64,000 nucleotides of DNA from Terriglobia bacterium (GCA_965218585.1 CBDCLE010000024.1:321037-385036), one strand, 5' to 3'. Shown: positions 40,308 to 51,315, numbered from the stretch's first letter. A program made the numbers and translations. Notes: a model not told the origin generated them from the sequence alone.

Positions 40308-41633
40308 ATGTTTCAGAACGACCGACTCCCGATTCCACTGTTGGCCGCGATCGTCTTCGCAGCCATATCCATCCCCGCCGAGGCGCAGGACCCGGGTCCG
40401 GACGGCATCATCCCTCAACCGTACTGGGCGCTCACCAACACACACGTGATCGACGTGCGGACGGGCGACATCGTCAACGATGCCCTCGTCGTGGTTCGCG
40501 ATGGGCTCATTGAGTCCGTGGATGCCGGGTCACCTCCAGCCGGGGCCGAAGTCGTCGACATGGAAGGCAAGTTTCTCCTTCCGGGATTCATGGACGGGCA
40601 CTGGCACGGTGAAACGCTGGACAACATGCAGCGGGCACTGGAGTCCGGGGTGACGACCATGAAGAGCGGGGCCGTGGACGGCCACACCGACCTGTGGATG
40701 CGCGACGCCGTCGAGGCCGGTTACCTTGCCGGCCCGGAGATCCTGGCGGCCGGTGTATACGTGAACCGTTTTCCGGGCGCCACGGCACTCTCGGATCCCA
40801 GGCTCTACAAGTACATGAACGTCATCGTGAAGGGCGAAGACGCCATCCGGGAACTCGTACGTGTCAACGCCGACCTCGGTGTCGACTGGATCAAGACGCG
40901 CACCGGAGGGACCGCCTCGTCGCCGGGGGGCTGGGATCCCGAGACGGAGGTATACACGCTGGATGAGACAACCGCTCTGGTGGAGGAGGCGTCGTCCTAT
41001 GGGATTCCCGTGGCCTGCCACGCGCACGGCGAGCAGGTCATCGACACCGCGATTCGCGGGGGATGTCGCACGATCGAGCATGGCTTCTATATTACCGAGG
41101 CGAACCTCGGGCTCATGCGGGAACGTGGTACCGTCTGGAGCCCCACCTACACATCGGTTGAGGGCTACATGTTTCCCCACGACGACTACAATAGCTCGGC
41201 TTCGCGGATGCGCGCTCCCTGGGTGCTCCACAACATGCGGGAGATGCTTCGCGTCGCGCACGAGCTCGGAGTCACTCTGATTCCGTCCACAGACACGCAG
41301 TACGGCCCTGGGAGCAACGTAAGGGTGTCGGGAGAAATCATCAACTTCGTCGAGTATGCCGGCATGTCGCCGCTGGAGGCGATCCAGTCGGCGACCCTCG
41401 TTTCGGCCTCCGTCTACGGCCCCAGCGAAGAGACGGGCGTCATCGAGGCCGGGCTGGAGGCGGATTTGGTCGCCTACGACCGGAATCCGTTGGAGGAGGT
41501 CCATGTCTTGTCGGATCCCATGTTCGTCATGAGCAATGGCCGGCTCGTGTACCACCGGACCGTCAACCCAGAAGGGTACGTCGCGCCGCGGTCGGAGTGG
41601 ATCGGCTATGGGACGGGGGGTCCGAATCCTTGA
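40308..41633 (+). CDS. Exported amidohydrolase (Xaa-Pro dipeptidase-like)
   Basis: PGFMDGHWH, DWIK, ACHAHG, TIEHG, STD and GLEADLV motifs. Confidence 0.88.
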   Translation: MFQNDRLPIPLLAAIVFAAISIPAEAQDPGPDGIIPQPYWALTNTHVIDVRTGDIVNDALVVVRDGLIESVDAGSPPAGAEVVDMEGKFLLPGFMDGHWHGETLDNMQRALESGVTTMKSGAVDGHTDLWMRDAVEAGYLAGPEILAAGVYVNRFPGATALSDPRLYKYMNVIVKGEDAIRELVRVNADLGVDWIKTRTGGTASSPGGWDPETEVYTLDETTALVEEASSYGIPVACHAHGEQVIDTAIRGGCRTIEHGFYITEANLGLMRERGTVWSPTYTSVEGYMFPHDDYNSSASRMRAPWVLHNMREMLRVAHELGVTLIPSTDTQYGPGSNVRVSGEIINFVEYAGMSPLEAIQSATLVSASVYGPSEETGVIEAGLEADLVAYDRNPLEEVHVLSDPMFVMSNGRLVYHRTVNPEGYVAPRSEWIGYGTGGPNP

Positions 41634-41683
41634 AGGGGTATGGCCGCACTAGTGGCTCGTCCCAATATGGATGGTACAGGCCA

Positions 41684-42322
41684 CTAGACTCTCTTGTCTG
41701 CGGATTCACACAACTCCATGACAGTGCAGTTCGCGCAATCGGGCTTTTTGGCGTTGCAGATCTGCCGGCCATGATGGATCAGGAGGTGGCTGAACAGGAT
41801 CCACTTTGTCCGAGGCACGATCTCCATCAGTTTCTGTTCGATCTTTTCTGGACGGGATTCGTTCGTGAATCCCAATCGTCTTGAGATCCGTTGCACATGC
41901 GTGTCGACAACGACCCCTTCCGCCTTGCCAAATGCGACTCCCAGGACGACGTTGGCTGTCTTGCGAGCCACGCCGGGCAGTTCCAGCAGTTGATCCATAT
42001 CGTCAGGCACTCGTCCGCGGTACTTGCTGTCGATGAGCTTTGAGGCTTCCCGGATGTGTTTCGCCTTGTTTCGAAAGAATCCGGTCGAGTGAATCATCTC
42101 TTCCAGTTCTGCGGGTTCCGAGCGGGCGAGGGCGCGCGCGGATTTGTATTTCTTGAACAAGGCGGGCGTGACCATGTTGACGCGCTTGTCCGTGCTCTGG
42201 GCAGAAAGGATCGTTGCAATCAGGAGTTGGAGCGGGGTCGAAAAATCCAGCTCGCAATCAGCGTCGGGATACGTGGATTCGAGCGTTTCCGTAATTTTTT
42301 CGAGACGTCTGTAACGTGGCAC
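41684..42322 (-). CDS. nth: Endonuclease III
   Basis: LSAQSTD, LPGVARKTANVV, VVDTHV and CxxxxxxCxxCxxxxxC motifs. Confidence 0.95.
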   Translation of the reverse strand: MPRYRRLEKITETLESTYPDADCELDFSTPLQLLIATILSAQSTDKRVNMVTPALFKKYKSARALARSEPAELEEMIHSTGFFRNKAKHIREASKLIDSKYRGRVPDDMDQLLELPGVARKTANVVLGVAFGKAEGVVVDTHVQRISRRLGFTNESRPEKIEQKLMEIVPRTKWILFSHLLIHHGRQICNAKKPDCANCTVMELCESADKRV

Positions 42323-42685
42323 CTACTTCTTATCTCCGCTTTTCGAATCGCTCTTCGTTTTCTTCTCGGCAGCCTTGTGCTTTCCGGATGAGGAGTCCGA
42401 ATCGGAGGTGTCGCTTCCGGATTTCTTCTTGTCTCCGTCCTTCTTCGAATCTGGAGTCGATGCTTCTTTCTTGCTGTCTCCACTTTCGTCCTCGCCGGTC
42501 GAGCCCTTTCTCGCGTAGTCAGTGACGTACCATCCGTCGCCTTTCAGGTGGAATGAGGACTGGGAGATCAGCTTCGTAAGCTTCCCGCCGCATCCCTCAT
42601 GTTTTTTGAGAGGGGGATCGGAGAATTTCTGTATTTTTTCGATCACGTCACCACACTTACTGCAACTGTACTCGTAGATCGGCAT
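42323..42685 (-). CDS. FmdB-family zinc-ribbon protein
   Basis: [12 protein letters not shown]...CGG...[13 protein letters not shown] with a low-complexity tail. Confidence 0.9.
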   Translation of the reverse strand: MPIYEYSCSKCGDVIEKIQKFSDPPLKKHEGCGGKLTKLISQSSFHLKGDGWYVTDYARKGSTGEDESGDSKKEASTPDSKKDGDKKKSGSDTSDSDSSSGKHKAAEKKTKSDSKSGDKK

Positions 42686-42822
42686 GTCGATTTAATAGCA
42701 CAATGCGTTCTCTGTTGAAAAGAGCAGTTGCCGGGCTTGGGTTGATTCAGATCCAGCTATCTCATAGAATTTATTCGGTACACACGCTTAACGAAGCGCA
42801 CTTATAGATGAGGAGGATACGA

Positions 42823-43194
42823 ATGAGGGAGCAGTTGTTCTGGGTCCTGGCGACGGTTTGCCTGATAACGGTAGCTGCCGTTGGAACTCCGAGTGTCGTT
42901 GGGGCTGAACCGCAGTCCAATTTTGCAAACATCCAGGTCCTGACAGACATGTCCGACGGAGACATTCAGCGGTTGATGCAGTCCTGGTCCCAGCAGTTAG
43001 GTGGAGTCAGTTGCACGGAATGTCACGTCCAGGGGGATTTTGCTTCGGACGATAACCCCCGGAAGAATGTCGCTCGAACGATGGCCCGCATGGTCATGTC
43101 CCTTGATGAAGGAGGCTTTCTTGAAGACGTGGGTCGGGAAGCCAATTGTTTTCTGTGCCACAAAGGGGCGTTTGAAATTCCGGGTATGAACTGA
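42823..43194 (+). CDS. Exported diheme c-type cytochrome (PufC-like family domain)
   Basis: NIQVL, LGGVSCTECHV, ARTMARM and CFLCHKG motifs. Confidence 0.85.
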   Translation: MREQLFWVLATVCLITVAAVGTPSVVGAEPQSNFANIQVLTDMSDGDIQRLMQSWSQQLGGVSCTECHVQGDFASDDNPRKNVARTMARMVMSLDEGGFLEDVGREANCFLCHKGAFEIPGMN

Positions 43195-43290
43195 CGGAGT
43201 AGCAGACCCAACCGGTAAGGTATAGAATGGCGACCCTCGAACGGGTCGCCGTTTTTGTTGGTGAAAACGTTCGACGTGGAGGTCGACGAC

Positions 43291-43836
43291 GTGATCGACG
43301 AGGTCAGGAAAATACTGCTGGAGCTCGGAGAGGATCCCTCCCGCGATGGCCTGCTAAAAACTCCGGAGCGCGTCGAGAGCTCACTACACTATCTGACGAG
43401 CGGATACGGGCAGGATGCAGATGCAATTCTGAACGACACCCTTTTCGACGTCCCCTACGACGAGATGGTTATCGTTAAGGACATCGAGCTCTTCAGTCTC
43501 TGCGAACACCACCTTCTTCCGTTTTTCGGAAAGTGCCATGTCGCCTACCTGCCTGATAAGAAGGTAGTGGGGTTGAGCAAGATCCCTCGTCTGGTGGACA
43601 TGTACGCTCGCCGGCTGCAAGTCCAGGAACGGTTGACGAAGCAGATTGCCGAGACCATAAACGAGAAGGTGCATCCGCGAGGTGTCGGCGTCGTAATCGA
43701 AGCGCAGCATCTGTGCATGATCATGCGCGGTGTGGAGAAGCAACACTCGGTTACCGTGACAAGCTCCATGACGGGCGCTTTCAAGGATGACCAGAACACC
43801 CGGAGCGAGTTTCTGAACCTGATTGGCCGGTCCTGA
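43291..43836 (+). CDS. folE: GTP cyclohydrolase I
   Basis: [27 protein letters not shown] and HLCMIMRG motifs; GGAGG before GTG 43291. Confidence 0.95.
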   Translation: MIDEVRKILLELGEDPSRDGLLKTPERVESSLHYLTSGYGQDADAILNDTLFDVPYDEMVIVKDIELFSLCEHHLLPFFGKCHVAYLPDKKVVGLSKIPRLVDMYARRLQVQERLTKQIAETINEKVHPRGVGVVIEAQHLCMIMRGVEKQHSVTVTSSMTGAFKDDQNTRSEFLNLIGRS

Positions 43837-43840
43837 TCCT

Positions 43841-44446
43841 ATGGTCGACAATGTCATATTCGATCTGGATGGGACGCTGACCCGGGTACCGAGCCCCTGG
43901 CGTCATGTACATGAACGTCTCGGCGTATGGGACGATGTTGCGTCGGGATTTCTCGACCAGTGGTTGTCTGGAGAGATTCCCTACGAAGAGTTCTGCCGCC
44001 GGGATTTCCAGCTCTGGAAAGACCACGATCGCTCACAGATTGAGGAGTTGCTGGAAGAGATTGAAATCAACCCTCATGTTCCGGCGATTGTGGCTCGGCT
44101 CAGGGAAGAATCGATCCAGTCCATCATTATTTCATCGGGTTTTTCATGCGTTGCCCGGCGAATCCAATCAAGCTTCGGATGGGAACCTTTGCGTATCTAT
44201 GCAAACGAACTTGTCGAAGGCCCCGAGGTTCGAATTCACGTTTCAGCTGATCCCGATTCACCGGTTTCAAAGAAGCGTCTTGCCCAGGCGGCGCTCGATG
44301 AGATCGGCGGCGATCCGGAACGGAGCCTTGCGGTTTCGGACTCAGAACGGGATCTCGAGATGATGGCCCAATGCCGTTACAGCCTCCTGGTAGAGAACGA
44401 AGACGATCTGGCCGAGGTGCATCGGTTCCTCGATCTCGGGAGGTGA
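43841..44446 (+). CDS. HAD-IB phosphatase (phosphoserine phosphatase-like)
   Basis: IFDLDGTL, ISSG, YANEL and SDSERD motifs. Confidence 0.75.
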   Translation: MVDNVIFDLDGTLTRVPSPWRHVHERLGVWDDVASGFLDQWLSGEIPYEEFCRRDFQLWKDHDRSQIEELLEEIEINPHVPAIVARLREESIQSIIISSGFSCVARRIQSSFGWEPLRIYANELVEGPEVRIHVSADPDSPVSKKRLAQAALDEIGGDPERSLAVSDSERDLEMMAQCRYSLLVENEDDLAEVHRFLDLGR

Positions 44447-44450
44447 CCCG

Positions 44451-45134
44451 ATGAACGATTCACTCAAATACAAAGCCGGCATAGCGGCCCTGGATGAAGT
44501 CAAGACCGGCATGACCGTAGGGCTGGGAACCGGTTCAACGGTGACTCATTTCATCAGGGAGCTCGGCAGTCGCGTTCGCGACGGCCTGGAGGTGACGGCC
44601 ATCGCAACCTCCCTCCAGTCGGAGAAACTGGCGGTTGAGGTCGGTGTTCCGATCGTCACTTTCAAGGAACAGAGGCAATTGGATATTACCGTCGATGGAG
44701 CCGACGAGGTGTCGCCTGAGCTCCATCTGGTCAAAGGATTGGGCGGAGCGTTGGTCAGAGAAAAGATCGTTGCCACGGCCTCACATCGGCTCGTGATCGT
44801 TGTTGATGACAGTAAGCTGGTTGACCAACTGGGGACCCGGGCGCCCGTTCCGGTTGAAGTGGTTCCTTTCGCAACCGACATCGTGATACATCAGCTCGGC
44901 GAGATTGGTGGCGAACCCAGGCTGAGGGTTTCCTCCGGGAATGAGCCCTTTGTTTCCGACAATGGAAATCATGTGGTGGACTGGCATTTCGGCCCGATAC
45001 TCGATCCGCCTTTGGTGGAACGGCAATTGAAATCCGTCTCCGGTGTCGTCGACTCGGGAATTTTTTCCGATTTGGCGGATCGCGTGATTGTTGCCGGGGG
45101 AAAGGGCCTGGAAATACTCGATCGGGAGCAGTAG
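44451..45134 (+). CDS. rpiA: Ribose-5-phosphate isomerase A
   Basis: GLGTGST, DGADEV, KGLGGAL.REKIV and SDNGN motifs. Confidence 0.95.
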   Translation: MNDSLKYKAGIAALDEVKTGMTVGLGTGSTVTHFIRELGSRVRDGLEVTAIATSLQSEKLAVEVGVPIVTFKEQRQLDITVDGADEVSPELHLVKGLGGALVREKIVATASHRLVIVVDDSKLVDQLGTRAPVPVEVVPFATDIVIHQLGEIGGEPRLRVSSGNEPFVSDNGNHVVDWHFGPILDPPLVERQLKSVSGVVDSGIFSDLADRVIVAGGKGLEILDREQ

Positions 45135-45168
45135 GTGGGACGGAACGTTGACAGGGGTTTTCGGGTCT

Positions 45169-45495
45169 TCAAGGCAGGACGGGAATTTCCACGTACAAGT
45201 CCCCACCCCGGATTTCACACGGAAAAGTTGGCGCACTCAGTGTTTTACCCTGACAGCTTCCGTCGTCTAGCCGGATTCTCCATCCGTGCCAGCCACAGAT
45301 GACCGTACCGTCCTGGGCGATTCCTTCGGTTAGCGGAAACCCGAGGTGGGGACAAAGATTTTCAACCGCGTAAAAGGTTTGATCCCACTGGAAAAGAGCG
45401 ATGTCGAGGCCTTCAAGCTTGAAGCCTCGTCCCATCCCGTCTTCGGGAACTTCATCAACGGTCCCCACACGGATCCATTTTGTCGTTACTTTCAT
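45169..45495 (-). CDS. Rieske [2Fe-2S] ferredoxin
   Basis: CPH...CGWHGW. Confidence 0.9.
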   Translation of the reverse strand: MKVTTKWIRVGTVDEVPEDGMGRGFKLEGLDIALFQWDQTFYAVENLCPHLGFPLTEGIAQDGTVICGWHGWRIRLDDGSCQGKTLSAPTFPCEIRGGDLYVEIPVLP

Positions 45496-45629
45496 TCCGA
45501 TACTCCGAGGTACAGGCCACTAGTCTAACAAGGGGACGGAGGTTCTCATCGATCGTCGAAAACTGGGTTCAGAGCGTTAAGAATCCGGGTCCCGCCGACT
45601 CTAGGCTCAGAAAGCCAACCCTCCGCGCA

Positions 45630-45638
45630 TGTTATACT
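45630..45638 (+). promoter_or_regulatory. Putative extended -10 promoter element of serA
   Basis: TG-T-TATACT about 63 nt upstream of the serA ATG. Confidence 0.4.
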
Positions 45639-45700
45639 TAACTGTTTTTGCCCCGTACTGAGAGTTTCCGGGAATCATCCGACAAATTCGTCGAAGCACA

Positions 45701-47290
45701 ATGTCTAATTTCAGAGTCTTGCTGATGGATGGAATTGATCGGGCAGGCGTCGATCTGCTTGGGAAAACCGAGGTCATCGAGCCGGTTGTCGAAGCAAAGC
45801 TTCCCAGGGACAAGCTGCTCGGAGTCGTTTCAGAGATAGATGGCATCGTCGTTCGCAGTGCCACCCAGGTGGATCGCGAATTGATCGAGGCGGCACCGGG
45901 ACTGAAAGTCATTGGTCGAGCCGGCGTCGGCGTAGACAACGTCGACATCGATGCGGCGACCGAGCGAGGCGTTATCGTGATGAACTCTCCGGGCGGTTCC
46001 TCTACCACGACGGCGGAACACACCGTGGCGATGATGTTCGCGCTGTCCCGCAATATTCCGCAGGCGTACGACCTTCTCAAGGAAGGCACGTGGGAGAAGA
46101 GTCGCTTCAAAGGCGTCGAACTCAGCGGGAAGACGCTGGGAGTCGTGGGGCTGGGTCGCATCGGCAGCGAGGTGGCGCGCATGGCCCAGGGAATCGGAAT
46201 GAACGTGATCGCGTACGATCCGTTCATTCGGCCCGATGCGGGTCAGACCGGCGGGCTTCACCTGGTTGCTCTGGAGGAAATCTTCGCCGAAGCCGAGTTC
46301 ATAAGCGTCCACACACCACTGACCGAGGAAACTCGAAACCTGATCAACACCAGTGTGATTGCCGGGATGAAGGACGGTGTGCGTCTCATCAACTGCGCGC
46401 GTGGAGGGATCGTCAACGAAGCGGATCTTGCCGACGCTCTGCGATCAGGTAAGGTTGCCGGAGCGGCATTCGATGTCTTCGAAACCGAGCCCAACACAGA
46501 TTCGCCACTGTTCGGTCTGGATAATTTTATTGCGACGCCGCACCTGGGTGCCTCGACGTTTGAAGCACAACGCAAGGTGAGCGAAGACATCTGCCGACAG
46601 ATTGCAGACTATCTGATCAAGAACACGATTCGGGGAGCATTGAATTTTCCGCAGCTCGACGCGGGACAGCTTGACCGCTACAAGCATTTCGTGGACCTCG
46701 TCACGCGACTTGCGACGTTCATCAGCCAGATAGCCGAAGGACCCATGGAAAACGTTGCGGTTCGGTATTCGGGAGAGGTATGCGACATGAACCTCGAGTA
46801 TCTGACCTCGACCGTCATGCGGAAGCTGCTCGCTCCGATCCTGGGTGAAGAGATCAACCTGATCAACGCCACGCGAATCGCCGAGCAGCGAGGTGTCAAA
46901 CTGGAAGAGACGCGTGTCCCAGTCCCGGAAAACTTCACTAGCCTGGTTGAAATCGAGGTCCGCACCGAAGACGAATCGCGCCGCGTGTCCGGTACGGTTT
47001 TCACAGACAAGCTGCCACGGATCGTGTCGGTAGACGGGTACGAACTGGAAGTGGTTCCCAGGGGCCACATGATTTTCTTGACGAACGACGACAAGCCCGG
47101 TGTCATTGGTGATATCGGGACGGTACTCGGAAAATGCAAGGTCAACATTGCGGGTATGCATCTGGGCAGGGAAATCGAGGGTGGAACAGCTCTGGCTCTC
47201 TTGTTGATCGACAATGCAGTGGACGAAGGAATTGTCGATCAGGTTCGCAAGATCAAGAACGTTCTGACCGCGAAAGCGATTCGAATCTGA
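45701..47290 (+). CDS. serA: D-3-phosphoglycerate dehydrogenase (with ASB/ACT domains)
   Basis: GRAGVGVDNVD, GLGRIG, INCARGG, TPHLGAST and DKPGVIG motifs. Confidence 0.95.
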   Translation: MSNFRVLLMDGIDRAGVDLLGKTEVIEPVVEAKLPRDKLLGVVSEIDGIVVRSATQVDRELIEAAPGLKVIGRAGVGVDNVDIDAATERGVIVMNSPGGSSTTTAEHTVAMMFALSRNIPQAYDLLKEGTWEKSRFKGVELSGKTLGVVGLGRIGSEVARMAQGIGMNVIAYDPFIRPDAGQTGGLHLVALEEIFAEAEFISVHTPLTEETRNLINTSVIAGMKDGVRLINCARGGIVNEADLADALRSGKVAGAAFDVFETEPNTDSPLFGLDNFIATPHLGASTFEAQRKVSEDICRQIADYLIKNTIRGALNFPQLDAGQLDRYKHFVDLVTRLATFISQIAEGPMENVAVRYSGEVCDMNLEYLTSTVMRKLLAPILGEEINLINATRIAEQRGVKLEETRVPVPENFTSLVEIEVRTEDESRRVSGTVFTDKLPRIVSVDGYELEVVPRGHMIFLTNDDKPGVIGDIGTVLGKCKVNIAGMHLGREIEGGTALALLLIDNAVDEGIVDQVRKIKNVLTAKAIRI

Positions 47291-47310
47291 CCTGTTCAAG
47301 CGATTTCGCC

Positions 47311-50238
47311 ATGCCCGGCACTCTAGCATCGCTGGCGCGGCACACAGCGATCTTTGTTCTCTCCTTTCTCACTACATCCATCAGCCTGGCTGCGCAGGAT
47401 CCGGTGGCTCGGTTTACGGGAACTGTTACCGACGAATTCGGAACACCTGTTGAGGCGGCCGAGGTCCGCGTCCTGCTTGATGGGGGCCGTTTACTGGATG
47501 CCGTTACGGGGACTGACGGGAATTTTGCTTTCGAGATCGACGAGCCGTTTCAGCTCGAGGTGACCCGGTCCGGTTTTCGTTCGGTGCGGACGACAGTCCT
47601 CTCGCTAACCGGCGGCGAGACCTATCAGATCGGTTTCGTTCTGCTATCTGGAGATCCGTCTGATGTTGAGGTTGTCGAACTTCAGTTGAGCGAACCGATT
47701 CAATTCAGCGATGCGTCAACTCCGCTCGCACGCGACGACCTTCCGCGTTCGGACCGGCTTTTTGGTCTTCGTGGAGGACTGAACGTATCCGGTATCGCCG
47801 AAGGGTCCAGTCAGCAGTGGATCGCTGCTTCAGGCAGTGTGTTTGCGAGTTCTCCAAGCGCCATGGTCCTGATCGAGCCATTTGACCTGTCGGCGGAATT
47901 TACCTCCAACATGGGTGTGGATGATTCGCTTCCGGCAGGTGGTCCGCGTTTGAACGGCAATGCATATTATTTCCACCTGAATGATGCGCTGAACGCCCGA
48001 AATTTCTTTGATCTTCCCGACGAGCCGATTCCGCCTTTCAAATACCACTTCTTCGGGTCTGAGCTGGGAGGTCCCATTGGGGAGCGAACGTACGTTTTCG
48101 GCAGGTACTGGGGTTTGCGTATCCGGCAGTCTGTAACACGTGCGGCTACGGTTCCACCACCCGCATGGGTCGGAGGCGATTTTTCTTCTCTGTCCGATCC
48201 CATTCTGGATCCCGAAACCGGCTTTCCTTTCCCGGGGAACAGGATTCCTGTCGAGCGATTGCACGCCGACGGCGTTCAGTTGGCCGGCCTGTTTCCCGGG
48301 CCGAATGTTGGGGGAACAGACATACAGAATTTCAGGACTGTCGGAACGCTCAAGACCGTTGCAGATGCGTTCGGGATTCGCGTGGACCATCGGATGACCG
48401 TGTCCGACGAAACCTCATTCGAGTACCAATACAGCCGTGACACGACCCAAGACCCGTTCAACTTCGTGACGGGGATCACAAATCTTCCCGGATTCGGTGT
48501 TCGGGACTCCCTGGAGACGCAAACGCTGAGAATCGGAAACGCCCATGTGTTTTCACCGACCCTCTTCCACCAGTTTGGGTTCTCACTCGGATACCTGGAG
48601 CAACCGCGGCAGATTCTGACGTCTTCGGAATATCCGGCAGTCATTATTACGGGGTTTTCAAACGTGGGGCACGCGACCAACCTGCCCCAGGAGCGGCGCA
48701 ACAGGACGATAGAGTTCACGAACGATTTCTCCTGGATTCACGGAGGCGCGACCACTCAGATCGGAGGTAGTGTTCGGCATTTCAGCTTCGATGCCTTCAT
48801 GGATCTGTTCAGCAGGGGTCAGTTTCAATTCAATGCGGATTCGTATTCGCAGAACTCTTTCGCCAACCTTCTGCTGGGTCTCCCAGCGAACGCCATACGC
48901 ATCGAGGGAGATACAGCGCGCGAGTTCGATAGCCGGACCACCGGAGCCTACGTGCAGCATCAGTGGAGTCTCGGCTCCGGTCTCGACGTCAATGTCGGGC
49001 TCCGTTACGACTATCAGTCGCCTTTCGCCGAGGCCGGGGACCGGGTGGCGAACTTCACGACTCGGGGGACGCTTGACGTTTCACCCGACCGGCTTTACGG
49101 AGTCGACACCAACAACTGGGGCCCGCGTGTTGGTGTGGCCTGGAGTCCGCTGGCCGACACCGTCGTTCGTGCAGGCTACGGGATCTTCTACGACAACCTG
49201 GCCGTCGGTGACAGCTTGTTTTTGTTGGGATTGAACCCCCCGTTCGTCAGCTTCAAAGTTGAGAACAACGATCCGGTTTTGCCTCGCTTCGACCTCGGAA
49301 CGGTGTTTGAAGACCCATCCAACTCCATTCCACCGAGCGTGTTTTCAGCTTCAACCTCTCTAAGAAACCCTTACGTCCAACACTGGAATTTGATCATTGG
49401 GCGGACTCTGTTTTCCGATTACGACCTCACCTTGTCGTACATAGGACAAAAGGGGACGCACCTTCGACGCCAGCTGAACCTGAACCAGCCAGCGCCTGGA
49501 CCCGCAGTCGCTTTGGAAGAACGACGGCCTTTCCCCGGCTTTGCGAACGTGTTCCAGTTTGAAACAAGCGCGTCATCGATTGCCCACGCGGGAGATGTGA
49601 ATGTCGTGCGACGCTTTGCCAGGGGGATGGGCTTTGGCGCGAGCTACCGGTTTGCGCGGATGATCGATGACGCGACATTGATCAGTATTCTTCCGCAGAA
49701 CAGTCGCGACCTGAAATCAGAAAGAGGTCTTGCTGATTTTCACGTCAAGCACAGCTTTTCGCTGACTGGAGCCCTCGACCTGCCGTATCTGGATGGGTGG
49801 CAACTCCAGGGGGTTGGTCTGTTCCAGTCCGGAACACCTCTGTCAGCAATACTCAGTTCCGATGTGGCCGGCACAGGGAGCCCGATCGTGAATCGTCCCA
49901 ATCTGGTAGGGGACCCCCGTGTAGACAATCCGACGCCGGCACGGTTCTTCAATACCGATGCCTTCGAAGTCCCCGAGCCGGGACAGTTCGGGGACAGTGG
50001 CCGGAACGTTATCATTGGCCCCGGCCTGGCCAATGTGGATTTTGCGCTGAGGCGGACATTTCGTCTGTCCGATGAGTTTCAGGCAGAGTTCCGTGCGGAT
50101 TTCTACAACGCTTTCAACCACCCGAACTTTATCGCGCCACCTACGACGCAGAACTTTACCGATTCTCCAGAGTTCGGAGCGTTGTTCGTCGCCCGCTCTC
50201 CCAGGACGATACAACTGGGGATGACGCTATTCTGGTAG
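47311..50238 (+). CDS. TonB-dependent receptor (Oar-like, Acidobacteria type)
   Basis: Signal peptide after ATG 47311; LNARNFF, GLRYDY, NNWGPRVGVAW, RAGYGIFY, GRNVIIGPG, NAFNHPNF and RTIQLG motifs. Confidence 0.88.
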   Translation: MPGTLASLARHTAIFVLSFLTTSISLAAQDPVARFTGTVTDEFGTPVEAAEVRVLLDGGRLLDAVTGTDGNFAFEIDEPFQLEVTRSGFRSVRTTVLSLTGGETYQIGFVLLSGDPSDVEVVELQLSEPIQFSDASTPLARDDLPRSDRLFGLRGGLNVSGIAEGSSQQWIAASGSVFASSPSAMVLIEPFDLSAEFTSNMGVDDSLPAGGPRLNGNAYYFHLNDALNARNFFDLPDEPIPPFKYHFFGSELGGPIGERTYVFGRYWGLRIRQSVTRAATVPPPAWVGGDFSSLSDPILDPETGFPFPGNRIPVERLHADGVQLAGLFPGPNVGGTDIQNFRTVGTLKTVADAFGIRVDHRMTVSDETSFEYQYSRDTTQDPFNFVTGITNLPGFGVRDSLETQTLRIGNAHVFSPTLFHQFGFSLGYLEQPRQILTSSEYPAVIITGFSNVGHATNLPQERRNRTIEFTNDFSWIHGGATTQIGGSVRHFSFDAFMDLFSRGQFQFNADSYSQNSFANLLLGLPANAIRIEGDTAREFDSRTTGAYVQHQWSLGSGLDVNVGLRYDYQSPFAEAGDRVANFTTRGTLDVSPDRLYGVDTNNWGPRVGVAWSPLADTVVRAGYGIFYDNLAVGDSLFLLGLNPPFVSFKVENNDPVLPRFDLGTVFEDPSNSIPPSVFSASTSLRNPYVQHWNLIIGRTLFSDYDLTLSYIGQKGTHLRRQLNLNQPAPGPAVALEERRPFPGFANVFQFETSASSIAHAGDVNVVRRFARGMGFGASYRFARMIDDATLISILPQNSRDLKSERGLADFHVKHSFSLTGALDLPYLDGWQLQGVGLFQSGTPLSAILSSDVAGTGSPIVNRPNLVGDPRVDNPTPARFFNTDAFEVPEPGQFGDSGRNVIIGPGLANVDFALRRTFRLSDEFQAEFRADFYNAFNHPNFIAPPTTQNFTDSPEFGALFVARSPRTIQLGMTLFW

Positions 50239-50253
50239 TCGTGGGCACACGTT

Positions 50254-51315
50254 ATGGCTAAAATGGCGTCTAACTTCTTTATCATGCGTCGAAGAAACAA
50301 ACCGATAGTCCGGATCTCGTGTTCCCTGCTCCTTCTTACGATTCTTTTCCTCGATTCGACATCCGCTCGAAGCCACACAGGAGGTCGAACGTCCGGAAGT
50401 GCACGCAGAATTCGGTTTCGGAGTTTTCCCCTGGTCCGCCGAGGGCATGGAAAGCCTCTCATCCGAAGAGGTCCGAATGCTCCTTTCGGGATTTCACAGG
50501 GGATGGTCCGTTGACAAGTTCATTGAAGAGACCGAAAGGCCGCGTGTGCGCATTCTTACCCTGATGGACGATCTGGAGAGTGCCCTCCTGGTTCGAGGCC
50601 GGAACGACTTCAACATGAGACCCGGTCTTCCCGTGTTGCGCGAAGAGGACGTTCGAAAGGCCGATCCGTTGCTGGAACGGAACACCCGGGAGTTTGTCCA
50701 GATCATCAACGACCATTGGGACGAGGTCGAGGCGTTTCGGTCGTCGCTGGAAGCCGATCAGGAGTTTCCAGAACCCGAGAACTTGTATCGCATCTTAGTG
50801 GGCGGCGTCCTGCTGGGAGGGATGATCGATGCCCTTTATGACGAGGGTACTCTGATGCCTGGTCCTCCCCGTCGGGCCAGAAGGGGGGAGGGATACTATG
50901 CGTGGATGGTCGAAGGCGCCGAGGGACACAACTATCTCGTACACCAGACGGCTCGAGTCGGACGTCACGAGGTGTTCTCGGTAGGTCCCGTCGCTGAGGA
51001 AAATCTTCGGATTCAGCTGGACGACCTGGCCGCGGAAGGCCCGGTATACGAAACCGAAGACGCCAGGCGCTGGCGGATTTTTACCAGTGTATTTTCCAGA
51101 GATTACCTCATTCCCTACCTGAAGACTCAACGGAACGATATCTTCGACATCCATTCCGACATCGAAGCGTCCGAACTACAGCGCAATTGGGGAGTTCGTG
51201 GCCTGGTACTACCAGTCACTTGTAGAGCGGACCGCAGACTCTCTGGTGGCGTCCGGAAGGATGGCCGCTCCTCGGAACTTTTTTCAAATACGCTCTCCGG
51301 GAATCCCGCCGCTAG
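50254..51315 (+). pseudogene. Exported hypothetical protein, split by apparent frameshifts
   Basis: The signal peptide in ORF 50254 joins the 50399 frame near 50370; the C-terminus resumes as GEFVAWYYQSLVERTADSLV...KYALRESRR*. Confidence 0.5.

Noticed and set aside
42823-43194. Evidence of phototrophy from the PufC-like cytochrome
   Set aside because: It is a short diheme protein with no puf/bch genes nearby; this domain also occurs in non-phototrophs.
47134-47310. Extended N-terminus of the TonB receptor
   Set aside because: It overlaps the serA 3' end; the ATG at 47311 gives a proper signal peptide.
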